Shown here in pieces: positions 39,712-49,452 of a DNA stretch of 64,000 nucleotides. Within the stretch, counting starts at the first letter, position 1, and each line of letters begins with the position of its first letter. The notes beneath the pieces were generated by a model that was given only the letters and a program-made list of their open reading frames with translations, was not told where the DNA came from and ran no database searches. Source of the DNA: an uncultured delta proteobacterium (lineage in GTDB: Bacteria > Desulfobacterota > Desulfobacteria > Desulfobacterales > B30-G6); contig CAWGLD010000003.1 of the NCBI GenBank assembly GCA_963823335.1, positions 32,001-96,000 on the forward strand. The letters are read 5' to 3'. Position numbers and translations under genes: made by a program.

Positions 39712-41073
39712 TCACGACAAAACACGACCGATGAGTGACTTCTTGTTGTGAATTTCTTCGATTCGGACATTCTGGAACGTATTTTCAACACCCGCACTTC
39801 TATCCAGGAGTACCTTGATGTAATTGGACGTCACGCCCGTGAGCCGACCGGTTTTTGCGTCGGGAGTTGTTTCAACCAGAACTTCTACTTCGGAATGCAT
39901 GTGCCTTTCGAGAAAGACCAGCCTTTTTTGCTGCCCCAACGCCCTTACTTCCCGGCATCTCTGCTTGACAATGTCTGATGGCACCCGGTCAGAAAACGTG
40001 TACGCCGGAGTTCCCTTTCTGGGCGAGAACGGGAATACATGCAGATAAGCGAGGGGGAGGCTCCTGATGAAGGAGACAGTGTTTTGGTATGCTTTTTCGG
40101 TTTCACCGGGAAATCCAATCATCACATCCACACCAATGGCAGCCTCTGGCAGAGTCTGGTGTATTGCTCCGATACGGTCACGAAAATCTTTTTGCCGATA
40201 AGGTCGGCGCATCCGTTTTAGAATGTCGTCATCACCGTTCTGCATGGGAATATGAAAATGGCGGCAGATGTGCCCAGGTCGTGGGGACGATGCAGATACC
40301 AGGTCGATGAGTTTGTCTGTAACCTCGAGGGGTTCGATGGAGCTGAGACGGATTCTGTCCATGGCTTTTTGCTCTCGCAAAACGGTCAGGAGTTCGGTTA
40401 AATGACTTGCTGGAGAAAGGTCTGTGCCATAACATCCCAGGTGAATGCCGGTCAAGACGACCTCGTGAAAACCGGCCTTCTGGAGGATTCGAACAGACGC
40501 TAGCACATCCTTAAACGGCATGCTGTGGTGACGACCCCTTGCATAGGGAACGATGCAATAGGAACAGAAGGTATCGCAACCATCCTGAATTTTCAGGAAA
40601 GGACGGGTTTTGTTTTCAAAAGGAGAAAGCATCGCTTTATCAGGCGGGTTGGGCTGGAAACGCTTTACAGCCGGCTTGGACAACATGCGCGTCAGGCAGG
40701 CAGATTGGACTATTTCAGGAATCCGGCTTTTTTCAGCATGTCCCACGACCTGGTGGACACCTATGATTTTTCGGATATTGTCGGGGTCTATTTGTGCAAG
40801 ACACCCTGTGACGATGATGGTGGCATCCGGGTTGGACCGGATGGCTTGTCGGATGGCCTGTCGCGACTGCATGGAGGCTTTGTGGGTGACGGTGCAGGTA
40901 TTGATGATACAGGTGTCGGTTCCGCCATCACCGGGTGGCTTGTTTTTATTGATTCTGTGAAATCCCGATTGCTTCAATTCTTGGGCTATGGTCTCTGATT
41001 CAAACTGGTTGACCTTGCAACCGAGGGTGATGATAGAAAATGAATTTTTATTTTTTGTCTTGGCCATGGTCAA
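39712..41073 (-). CDS. mtaB: tRNA t6A37 methylthiotransferase MtaB
   Basis: TLGCKVNQFESE, INTCTVT, KIQDGCDTFCSYC radical SAM motif, HVFPFSPRKGT. Confidence 0.92.
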   Translation of the reverse strand: MTMAKTKNKNSFSIITLGCKVNQFESETIAQELKQSGFHRINKNKPPGDGGTDTCIINTCTVTHKASMQSRQAIRQAIRSNPDATIIVTGCLAQIDPDNIRKIIGVHQVVGHAEKSRIPEIVQSACLTRMLSKPAVKRFQPNPPDKAMLSPFENKTRPFLKIQDGCDTFCSYCIVPYARGRHHSMPFKDVLASVRILQKAGFHEVVLTGIHLGCYGTDLSPASHLTELLTVLREQKAMDRIRLSSIEPLEVTDKLIDLVSASSPRPGHICRHFHIPMQNGDDDILKRMRRPYRQKDFRDRIGAIHQTLPEAAIGVDVMIGFPGETEKAYQNTVSFIRSLPLAYLHVFPFSPRKGTPAYTFSDRVPSDIVKQRCREVRALGQQKRLVFLERHMHSEVEVLVETTPDAKTGRLTGVTSNYIKVLLDRSAGVENTFQNVRIEEIHNKKSLIGRVLS

Positions 41074-41288
41074 TATTTATGAAACTATCGGGTTAACCTT
41101 ATGTATAGTGAAAGATGAGATATTGATTAATAACATACTGTAAAAATAAAAAAATAAATTATTCAGTTAGCAGCTTATTAAACCCCTAATCGTAATTATT
41201 CTTCCCTATGTTCCTTCGCTTCCTGATTTTAACATATTTGTGAATCATGTGCGCATCCAATTCTATCGTATCGAACAATAACACGGTG

Positions 41289-41538
41289 AAAAAAACGAAT
41301 GAACATCGAACATCGAACGCCCAACATCGAATGTTGAATTTAAAATATGAAGAAACAGACATCGGTATTGAACGGCAATAGCGAGCACATTCCCCATAGT
41401 GACTCGACTTGAGGCCTTCGACGGAACCTCAGCCGAACTCCTCCCCGTCAAGTCTTGTTGTAGGGCACCCTTTACTATTCGTTTTCATTCAATGTTCGAT
41501 GTTCAGCGTTCGATGTTGGATGTTCATCTTTATGAAAT
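41289..41538 (+). repeat. Scaffold A carrying a family B variant at 41367-41476
   Basis: gaacatc gaacatc gaacgcc caacatc gaatgtt ... ttcaatg ttcgatg ttcagcg ttcgatg ttggatg ttcatc. Confidence 0.85.
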
Positions 41539-41613
41539 GATTCCGGCTGAGACAATTATCTTTGACCATGCCCAAAGGACATGGGTTTCTATGGCAAACT
41601 AAAACCGCTTGGT

Positions 41614-42789
41614 TCAAGCCACGATCCAGCCCCCGCCCAGAACTTCGTCTTTGTCGTAAAAAACAGCTGCCTGACCCGGTGTAATGGCGGATTGAGGTTT
41701 TTCAAAGTGAATAAGGGCTGCATGTTGGCCCAGGGGTGCAAGTTGAGACGGTGCGGCTTGGTGCCGATAACGTATGCGTGTCATCACGCTGATGGGTTGC
41801 GATGGTGGTCCATGAATCCACTGAATATCTTCCACACGGCTGGTATCTGAAAAAGCATCCTGCTTGAATCCTACTACCAGTCGATTTTTTTCAGCATCGA
41901 TGCGGATGACATAATAGGGTTCGGATGCCGGGATATTGATGCCCCGCCGCTGGCCAATGGTATAGTGATGAAGACCCTGATGTTCACCGATGACATGGCC
42001 GTAAATATCCTGGACAGGTCCTTTCTGGCTGTTGAATCCAGGTTGCTGCGCCAGAAATTCACCGTAGGTGCCGTCGTTGATGAAACAGATGTCCTGACTT
42101 TCCTTGGGAACCACAGGTCTTATACCCAACTTTCGGGACAGTGCAATGGTTTCTGCTTTGCTAAACGCTCCCAGGGGAAATACAGCCTTTGACAGCATCT
42201 GCTGGTTCAGTCTCGCCAGGAAATAAGACTGATCTTTTTTGTGATCTTTGCCGCACAAAAGGTGGAAAGTACCACTGCGGTCTTCTGTGACACGAGCATA
42301 ATGACCTGTCGCCAGATGGGAGGCGCCCTGTTTTGTCGCAAGTGCCAGACAGGCATTGAATTTAATGACTGGATTGCAGACCATGCAGGGATTCGGTGTG
42401 CGACCTTCCTGGTACGTGTGAACAAAATAATCTACGACAAGCGATTGAAACGCCTTACGGGCATCGAATATTTCAATGGGAATCTCTAATTGCTCGTGCA
42501 GACGAGAGACGATATTGACAGCGGCTTCCCTGGAATCGATGGCCGGAGTCGTTGAAGACGATTTTTTATCCGGGCGTCCGGTACTGGCTTGTGTTTGAGG
42601 CGCCTCTTCGTCGGCGACGGGAATCGTTCCACCGTGCGGCGTTGTTTCGCAGCGACCCAAATGAACCCTGTCTGATTCATACCCCGTAAAAAAATGGATT
42701 CCGAAAATGGCATGCCCCTGATCTTTGAGGATGCGTGCTGTGACCAGGGAATCGACGCCACCACTGAGCAGAACGGCAATTTTTTTCAT
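41614..42789 (-). CDS. mnmA: tRNA 2-thiouridine(34) synthase MnmA
   Basis: SGGVDS, TPNPCMVCN, ATGHYA, KDQSYFL, ESQDICF, TIGQRRG, TPGQAAV. Confidence 0.93.
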   Translation of the reverse strand: MKKIAVLLSGGVDSLVTARILKDQGHAIFGIHFFTGYESDRVHLGRCETTPHGGTIPVADEEAPQTQASTGRPDKKSSSTTPAIDSREAAVNIVSRLHEQLEIPIEIFDARKAFQSLVVDYFVHTYQEGRTPNPCMVCNPVIKFNACLALATKQGASHLATGHYARVTEDRSGTFHLLCGKDHKKDQSYFLARLNQQMLSKAVFPLGAFSKAETIALSRKLGIRPVVPKESQDICFINDGTYGEFLAQQPGFNSQKGPVQDIYGHVIGEHQGLHHYTIGQRRGINIPASEPYYVIRIDAEKNRLVVGFKQDAFSDTSRVEDIQWIHGPPSQPISVMTRIRYRHQAAPSQLAPLGQHAALIHFEKPQSAITPGQAAVFYDKDEVLGGGWIVA

Positions 42790-43214
42790 TCGAAAAAGAT
42801 TGTGTTGGTTGGACGAATCTGCATTGCACGCGTGGGGCAGGCCGGGACGCATAGTTCGCAGATACTGCATTTTTTCTGGTCAAATTCAACGCTCATTTCC
42901 GGCCGTACCACCGCCAATGCACCCGTGGGGCATACAGCCGTACACGCGCCGCAGTGGGTGCATTGTTTTGTGATGCGTTTTATTTCCTGGGATGCGTTCT
43001 GGACCTGGACCCCCATGTCTTTCAGATATTGGAGACCTTCAGAAAAATTCTTTTTGGGTCCGGTCAGTTCCAGAACCATGACGCCTTCTCTTTGGGGTAA
43101 AATGGCGGCATTCAGGATATTGAATGTCAGGTCATGGTTTTTGACCAGATTGCAGACGATGGGTTTTTCGACCACGGTTTTGGAAAATTTCAGTATGAGA
43201 ATCTTGGAATGCAC
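42786..43214 (-). CDS. NIL-domain 2x[4Fe-4S] ferredoxin-like protein
   Basis: FNILNA; CTHCGACTAVCP and CSICELCVPACP; 4-bp overlap with mnmA start. Confidence 0.85.
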   Translation of the reverse strand: MHSKILILKFSKTVVEKPIVCNLVKNHDLTFNILNAAILPQREGVMVLELTGPKKNFSEGLQYLKDMGVQVQNASQEIKRITKQCTHCGACTAVCPTGALAVVRPEMSVEFDQKKCSICELCVPACPTRAMQIRPTNTIFFE

Positions 43215-43491
43215 AGATACCTCCGAAAATTGATTTGCCCTAAATTGAGTGGGTTAACTGTTGGGCATGTTCAATTTAGGCTTTATTTTTTTTAAAATGC
43301 AGCATAAAATCGTTTTGCGATTTTGTGGGACGCGACCTTGTCGCATTTTTACCGAAGCCCTTTTCAATTAAAATTACTCATTTCAATAAAAATCTAACCT
43401 GCTCAGCTGTAAGCAATCAGCCCGCTGCTTGCAGTTTTCATGTAGCAGTTATCAAGCTACTCTAAGGGTTATTTGGAGCAATGTCAACACA

Positions 43492-45645
43492 ATGAACCGC
43501 TTTGCCTACCGCACAACCGGACTGTTTGTGAAGGTGCTCGAAAACCTCTCCCGGGCTCATGTAAACCTGCATGGTACGGAAAACATTCCCGGCGGCAACA
43601 ACATTTTTGTGGTCAACCATTTTACGAGGATTGAGACATTTGTCTTGCCTACCCATCTTTTTCGATTGACACAGACACCCATCTGGTCTCTCGCGGCAGC
43701 TGAATTCTTCAAGGGTGCTTTTGGCAGTTATATGGACAACATCGGAGCAGTTTCAATAAAAAATCCGGATCGGGATCATTTGATAGTGAAAACGCTTCTC
43801 ACCGGCGAAGCCATGTGGATCATATTTCCGGAAGGCCGCATGGTCAAAAATAAAAAGATCATAGAAAAGGGACGCTTCATGATCTCTTCAGCCGGTGGAA
43901 AGCACCCACCACACACCGGTGCGGCCACACTGGCAATGCGTACCGAGTTTTACCGTCAGCGTCTTTTTGCCATGGACAAGTCAAACCCGCAAGAAGCCAG
44001 GCGTCTCCTAAATCTCTTTCGGATAAAATCCATGGCAGATGTTTCCAGGACTGGTACCCGGCTGGTACCCGTCAACATCACCTATTATCCGGTGAGGGCC
44101 AGAGAAAACGCCTTGAGCAATATCGCTAAAAGTCTGCTTGAAAATATATCCGAACGTTTGACCGAAGAGCTCATGACCGAAGGGCATATGCTACTGTCCG
44201 GTGTCGACATGGATATTCGTTTCGGGAAACCCATAGAGGTCGACGCATACCTGGACCAAGCAGTTATCCAGCAGGACATCCAGTCCAAGAGATCGTTTCA
44301 GTTCGATGACCTGTTGCCCTCAAAGGCAAAAATGCGTAAATCCGCTTTGCAAATCATGCAGCGATATATGACCGACATCTATGGTTTGACGACATTAAAC
44401 CATGATCACATCTTTGCATGCATGCTGAAACTATTTCCATTCAGCAGCATCAAGACACAGGACCTGAAAAGACGCGTTTTTCTGGCGGCATCTTCACCAC
44501 TCCAGAAGATGAACGTCCATTGTCACAGCAGCCTCAACGAAGATCAGGCCCACATGCTGGTGGATGATGAATACGGCAAGTACCGGGATTTCATCTCCCT
44601 GGCAAAGGAACAGGGCTTTGTCAGGGAGCAGGGCGACAGTCTGGTGAAACTTAACCCTATCGGTGCGGTGTTGAATTTTCACCTCGCGCGGGTTCAGAAC
44701 CTGGTTTCGGTGATCGCCAATGAGGTCGAGCCCTTGATCAAATTCCAACGATTTGTCCGGAAAATTGCATGGACGCCATCTTTTATTGTTCGCAGAAACG
44801 TTGTGCGCAGCCTTCTCAAGAAAGCCATGAATGAGTTCGCCACAGACTACAAGACCTTTTTTGTCGAAGGGGAAACCAAGGATCAGGCGGTGGGAAAGCC
44901 GGTCCTGTTCAAGGGCGGATCAAAGCGTGTCGGTATCGTTCTTTCCCATGGGTACATGGCGGCGCCTCTTGAAGTTGAGGGATTGGCCAAGTACCTTCAG
45001 CATAAGGGATACTGGGTTTATACACCGCGTCTGAAGGGGCACGGAACCTCCCCGGAAGATTTAGCGCAGCGAACATACAAGGACTGGCTCGCTTCTGTTG
45101 AAGAAGGCTATGCTTTGGTCAGCAGCATCTGTGAGAGGGTTGTTATCGGCGGTTTTTCAACGGGTGCGGGTCTGGCTCTCCATATCGCCGCCCGGGCAAA
45201 GAAATTATCCGGTGTGTTTGCCATTGCGGCACCTCTACGGCTTCAGGATCTCGGGGCGCGCTTTGCATCGACGCTGGATGTATGGAACCATCTGATGGAC
45301 AAAATCGCGAAAGGGGTTGCCAAAAAAGAATTTGTCAACAACACGCCTGAAAACCCGCATATCAATTATTTTCGAAACCCCATTTCAGGTGTCAGTGAAA
45401 TAGAGAAATTGATGGAATCCCTCTATCCTCTTTTGGAGAACATCACCGTGCCTGCCTTAATTGTTCAATCGGAGAACGACCCGGTTGTAAACCCGAAAGG
45501 ATCGCGAAAGATATTCAGGCGCCTGGGGTCGGTGGATAAAAGATATACCCTTTTCAACTTCGACCGGCATGGGATTCTCCTGGGTCAAGGGGCAGACAGG
45601 GTGTACCGGACCATCGCGGAGTTCATGGATCACCTGAGGGAGTAA
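43492..45645 (+). CDS. PlsC-like acyltransferase fused to alpha/beta-hydrolase
   Basis: NHFTRIE and FPEG blocks; C-terminal SHG, GHGT, GFSTG, D and H triad candidates. Confidence 0.8.
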   Translation: MNRFAYRTTGLFVKVLENLSRAHVNLHGTENIPGGNNIFVVNHFTRIETFVLPTHLFRLTQTPIWSLAAAEFFKGAFGSYMDNIGAVSIKNPDRDHLIVKTLLTGEAMWIIFPEGRMVKNKKIIEKGRFMISSAGGKHPPHTGAATLAMRTEFYRQRLFAMDKSNPQEARRLLNLFRIKSMADVSRTGTRLVPVNITYYPVRARENALSNIAKSLLENISERLTEELMTEGHMLLSGVDMDIRFGKPIEVDAYLDQAVIQQDIQSKRSFQFDDLLPSKAKMRKSALQIMQRYMTDIYGLTTLNHDHIFACMLKLFPFSSIKTQDLKRRVFLAASSPLQKMNVHCHSSLNEDQAHMLVDDEYGKYRDFISLAKEQGFVREQGDSLVKLNPIGAVLNFHLARVQNLVSVIANEVEPLIKFQRFVRKIAWTPSFIVRRNVVRSLLKKAMNEFATDYKTFFVEGETKDQAVGKPVLFKGGSKRVGIVLSHGYMAAPLEVEGLAKYLQHKGYWVYTPRLKGHGTSPEDLAQRTYKDWLASVEEGYALVSSICERVVIGGFSTGAGLALHIAARAKKLSGVFAIAAPLRLQDLGARFASTLDVWNHLMDKIAKGVAKKEFVNNTPENPHINYFRNPISGVSEIEKLMESLYPLLENITVPALIVQSENDPVVNPKGSRKIFRRLGSVDKRYTLFNFDRHGILLGQGADRVYRTIAEFMDHLRE

Positions 45646-45750
45646 CTGCCGGCGGGTCTTGCTCGAATCCACCATTTCGCCTCATTTTGGCAAAACCCGG
45701 AAGTTGGGTTGTTACGCACTGATAATCAATTTTTTTATTTCCTTTTGGGC

Positions 45751-45779
45751 TTGCACCGCCCCTTGGCAATACCTATACT
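45751..45779 (+). promoter_or_regulatory. Putative sigma70 promoter of the vWA-OmpA gene
   Basis: TTGCAC-17nt-TATACT. Confidence 0.55.
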
Positions 45780-45927
45780 TAAATCATCTGGATGTAGACG
45801 GGCCCAAGGGTTTTTTTGTCAGTTTAGGCCGAGCAATTTATGAAATTTGACGAAGAATGCCTTGTGCCAGAACCGATCGGGTACGTTAAACGGTTAACAC
45901 GATCCACATAAAAAGGAGAAAAGAAAT

Positions 45928-47010
45928 ATGCGAAAATTTGTGATGATGTTTCTACTGATAAGTGCATTGGCGGTGTGGGGTTTCGGCACGGCGGGTGCTG
46001 TTGAGATCATTACCGAAGATATGATTCGAGGTGAAATCTTGACCGAGGTCGATTTTATTAAAAATGCCGACAATTTTATTATCTTGTTCGATTCTTCCAA
46101 AACCATGCAGGAAACGCTTCCGGGCACGACCCAATCGAAGTTGGAAGTGGCCAAACAGATGTTAAGATTGAGAAATGAACTGCTGCCGGACCTGGGATTC
46201 AATGCCGGTCTGTACCTGTACACGAATCCGTTTAGGGCTGTTTACAGTGCGCAACGATATGATCGGGCACGCTTTCGCGAGGCCATCGATCAACTGCCCG
46301 ACGAAGCCAACGGGGGGACCGACCTGAAAAAAGCACTCGGCGAGCTGCGAACGATTATCGCAGGGCTATCCGGGAAGACTGTGGTGTTTCTTTTCAGTGA
46401 CGGCAAGCTTGTCATGAACACCGTCGGTAATATGCCCAAAGAGATTGCCAGACAAATTGCCGAAAAAAATGATGTTTCTTTCTATGTGATCAGCAGCGCT
46501 ACCGGCGAGGCCGAAAATAAACTTCTCGAGGCTGTCTCTTCTATCAATGCCAGTTCACGGGTCGTTCCAATTGAAGCATTTTTACGCAACCCAGGATACA
46601 TATCGGGGGCCTTGTTTGACATCGTGGAAACAGCAACCGTGAAGCTCAGTCTGGTTAAAAAAGTTGTAGGGTTTGTCATGGATGATATCCTGTTTGATTT
46701 TAACAGCGCGGACATCAAACCGGAATATGTCGCTCAGCTCGACAAACTGGGCCAATTTTTAAAGGCCAATCCGTCCGCTTTTGTCGCCATGGACGGCTAC
46801 ACGGACAGTGTCGGGTCTGAGGAAGCCAACCTGTGGGTGTCGCGGCACAGGGTCATGAGTGTGGCGGATTACCTGGTTGAACACTTTGACATCGATCCGC
46901 TGAGGATGGTGCCCATGTGGTATGGAGAACGCAACCCAACCGCTGACAACGGCAGGGCAGATGGACGTGCACTGAACCGACGTGTTGAAAGTGCCGTGGG
47001 CGGACTGTAA
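45928..47010 (+). CDS. Exported vWA + OmpA-like peptidoglycan-binding protein
   Basis: Signal peptide; DSSKT/GT/SDG MIDAS-like; FDFNSA, GYTDSVG, NRRVE. Confidence 0.85.
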   Translation: MRKFVMMFLLISALAVWGFGTAGAVEIITEDMIRGEILTEVDFIKNADNFIILFDSSKTMQETLPGTTQSKLEVAKQMLRLRNELLPDLGFNAGLYLYTNPFRAVYSAQRYDRARFREAIDQLPDEANGGTDLKKALGELRTIIAGLSGKTVVFLFSDGKLVMNTVGNMPKEIARQIAEKNDVSFYVISSATGEAENKLLEAVSSINASSRVVPIEAFLRNPGYISGALFDIVETATVKLSLVKKVVGFVMDDILFDFNSADIKPEYVAQLDKLGQFLKANPSAFVAMDGYTDSVGSEEANLWVSRHRVMSVADYLVEHFDIDPLRMVPMWYGERNPTADNGRADGRALNRRVESAVGGL

Positions 47011-47366
47011 GAAAACGCCCGGCAACCCAAGGCAGCGTCAGGTATCACCCTTTCCTGATTCTGCCGCCCAGATGATTCCCAACCGCTCCATTGGATGTCG
47101 TTTAATTTATGTGTTGGATAACCTGTTGCGGTTTAATGGAATACTGTATATGTTTAATATAAATGATGCTATTCGAAATGAAACATTTCAATATTCAATT
47201 AATTTCGGTATAGTACAGGGTGGTTTCAAGTTCAGGTTGTGATGCCTCGTGACCGAACCGAGCAGGATCGCGAGATATCCGGGCTAGGCTTTTGGGTGCC
47301 TTGTTTCAAATGAAAGTGGACGGAGTTGAGTGCTGCATATGAGACGGAATTGCAGGATTTTAAAAA

Positions 47367-48581
47367 ATGGCCCTGAAGAGCAAACCCTATAACATCGTCA
47401 TGTACTCGCATGACACCTACGGTCTTGGGCACATTCGGCGAACCATGGCCATCGCGTCTCAATTGCGAAACCCAAATACCAATGTCCTCATCCTGACGGG
47501 CTCACCCATTGTGGGCCGCTTTTCCTTCCCGGAACAGGTCGATTTTGTGCGCATCCCGGGAATGATAAAGAAAACCAATGAAGAATACCTGCCCTTGTCC
47601 ATCAAAATCAATGCCGGACATGCCCTGGATATCCGGAAAAAAATCATTATCGCAACGGTCAAAGCGTTTCAGCCCCATCTGTTTATCGTGGACAAAGAAC
47701 CCCTGGGTTTGAAAAAGGAAATATTGCCCACACTCAAATGGCTGCGGAAGTGCTGTCCCAATACACGCACGGTATTAGGGCTTCGGGACATCATGGATGA
47801 TGCCGAAACCGTAAAAGATAACTGGAATAAAAAGGGGATTTATCAAGCCCTGGACACCTATTACGGTGAAATATGGACCTATGGCATCCAGGATTTTTAT
47901 GATCCCATCAAAGAATACAGTATCCCTGAGAATATCAGTCGGAAAATTCTATTTACCGGCTATATACCCCGTGAGATCAAATCCAGAAAAGATGCCATAC
48001 GAGAGAGAAAAAGACACAAAATCAGAAAAGAAGACAAGTTGGTCGTTGTTACCACCGGTGGCGGGGGGGATGGTTATCCAGTGATGAATGCATATCTATC
48101 CATGCTGGAGCATAAGAGCTATGACATACCTTATCGAAGCATTCTGATCACAGGTCCTTTCATGCCTAAAGTCCAACGCAAAGAAATTTTTAAGCGATCC
48201 AAGAAACTGAACGTCAAGGTTTTCCATTTTTATCGACAAATGGAAAAAATTCTTGCAGCGGCAGACCTGGTGATCAGCATGGGAGGGTACAATACGGTCT
48301 GCGAGTTGATGAGCCAGAAAACGGTTTCACTTCTTATCCCCCGTGACACACCCCGCCTGGAACAAACCCTGCGCGCGCAATGCTTTACCCAGAGAAATCT
48401 GATGGACTACATTCCCTGGAAGCAGGTTTCTCCTGAACTGCTTCATGAAAAGGTCGACCATCTCATGCGAAAGCCGGAGATTTTCCAGGATGCCATGTCA
48501 AAATTCAAAATGACAGGCTTTGATATCATGCGTGAACGCATTCAGGAATTCAGAAAGCAGAATTGGGAGAACACTTGTTAA
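47367..48581 (+). CDS. Predicted GT-B glycosyltransferase (COG4671-like)
   Basis: YSHDTYGLGHIRR, GGGGDG, SMGGYNT, EQ..RA. Confidence 0.85.
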   Translation: MALKSKPYNIVMYSHDTYGLGHIRRTMAIASQLRNPNTNVLILTGSPIVGRFSFPEQVDFVRIPGMIKKTNEEYLPLSIKINAGHALDIRKKIIIATVKAFQPHLFIVDKEPLGLKKEILPTLKWLRKCCPNTRTVLGLRDIMDDAETVKDNWNKKGIYQALDTYYGEIWTYGIQDFYDPIKEYSIPENISRKILFTGYIPREIKSRKDAIRERKRHKIRKEDKLVVVTTGGGGDGYPVMNAYLSMLEHKSYDIPYRSILITGPFMPKVQRKEIFKRSKKLNVKVFHFYRQMEKILAAADLVISMGGYNTVCELMSQKTVSLLIPRDTPRLEQTLRAQCFTQRNLMDYIPWKQVSPELLHEKVDHLMRKPEIFQDAMSKFKMTGFDIMRERIQEFRKQNWENTC

Positions 48582-48585
48582 AACC

Positions 48586-48642
48586 TGAACCGCAACAGCG
48601 AGCGCATTTCCCGTGACTTACTGCAAGTTTAGCGAACGAATC
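48586..48642. mobile_element. Partial family B element
   Basis: TGAACCGCAACAGCGAGCGCATTTCCCG...TTAGCGAACGAATC, similar to the first half of the 17570 copy. Confidence 0.65.
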
Positions 48643-48665
48643 ATGATAATTCCGGCTTGAAAGCG

Positions 48666-49373
48666 CTATTCACTTTCAGTCACCATCAGCATGGTCGAAG
48701 GATCTATAATCAAGCCGGAAGTCGATATGTTTTCGCTCCCGCCTTTGGTGGCCTTAACATGGATATTCTTTCCCTCGGGCTGAAGCTGAAGTGTTACTTC
48801 GAACAAATCGTCGATCTCTGCAAGCTGGGGCGGAATTCCATCAGAGAGGGGCTCCTGGTGACGGTGTGTCCGGACCGAAAACCAGATACGGAGATCATGG
48901 ACCTCTGCAAAGGTTTTTAGCTGTTTCAGAGAGGTTTCGACATCTTCATCAAAGGGGAATCCATCGATCACGATCATGTCCGGGGAAAAAATGTTCTGCT
49001 CCGTGAGGTCGGCCAGGCGCTCTTCAAATTTGGGAACGCTGAAGCCCTCTACCTTGAAGGTCATGATGAATCGGTGGTGGAGTATGGATTCCCACAGCTG
49101 GTTGATCTGCTGGGCATTGTACTGATTTGCCAGATTGTGAAAAACTTCCTTGTACCACAAACTGACTTTGTTCACCGGATCACTCAGACTGACATGCAGA
49201 ACGTTTTTGCCCCGTAAGAGGGTTTCCAGAGACAACTGGACCATAATGGCGGTTTTGCCGACACCTGCCCGTGCCAGGACCGCACCAAAGCCACCCTTGG
49301 AAAGAATATCCTGATTTTCTTTTCCCAGGAGTCTTAGGGGGTTCCGAAGCGTGAGATCTTTTTTTAACATCAT
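48666..49373 (-). CDS. RecA/KaiC-like P-loop ATPase of unknown function
   Basis: Walker A ARAGVGKT, VLHVSL, Walker B IVIDG; AGGAG upstream. Confidence 0.75.
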   Translation of the reverse strand: MMLKKDLTLRNPLRLLGKENQDILSKGGFGAVLARAGVGKTAIMVQLSLETLLRGKNVLHVSLSDPVNKVSLWYKEVFHNLANQYNAQQINQLWESILHHRFIMTFKVEGFSVPKFEERLADLTEQNIFSPDMIVIDGFPFDEDVETSLKQLKTFAEVHDLRIWFSVRTHRHQEPLSDGIPPQLAEIDDLFEVTLQLQPEGKNIHVKATKGGSENISTSGLIIDPSTMLMVTESE

Positions 49374-49452
49374 AAAGCTCCTCTCCTTGAGGTTGATAAT
49401 ATTTTTACAGGGTGGAAGCCCATGACCTTTCAACCCGAAATTTGCACCAGCC

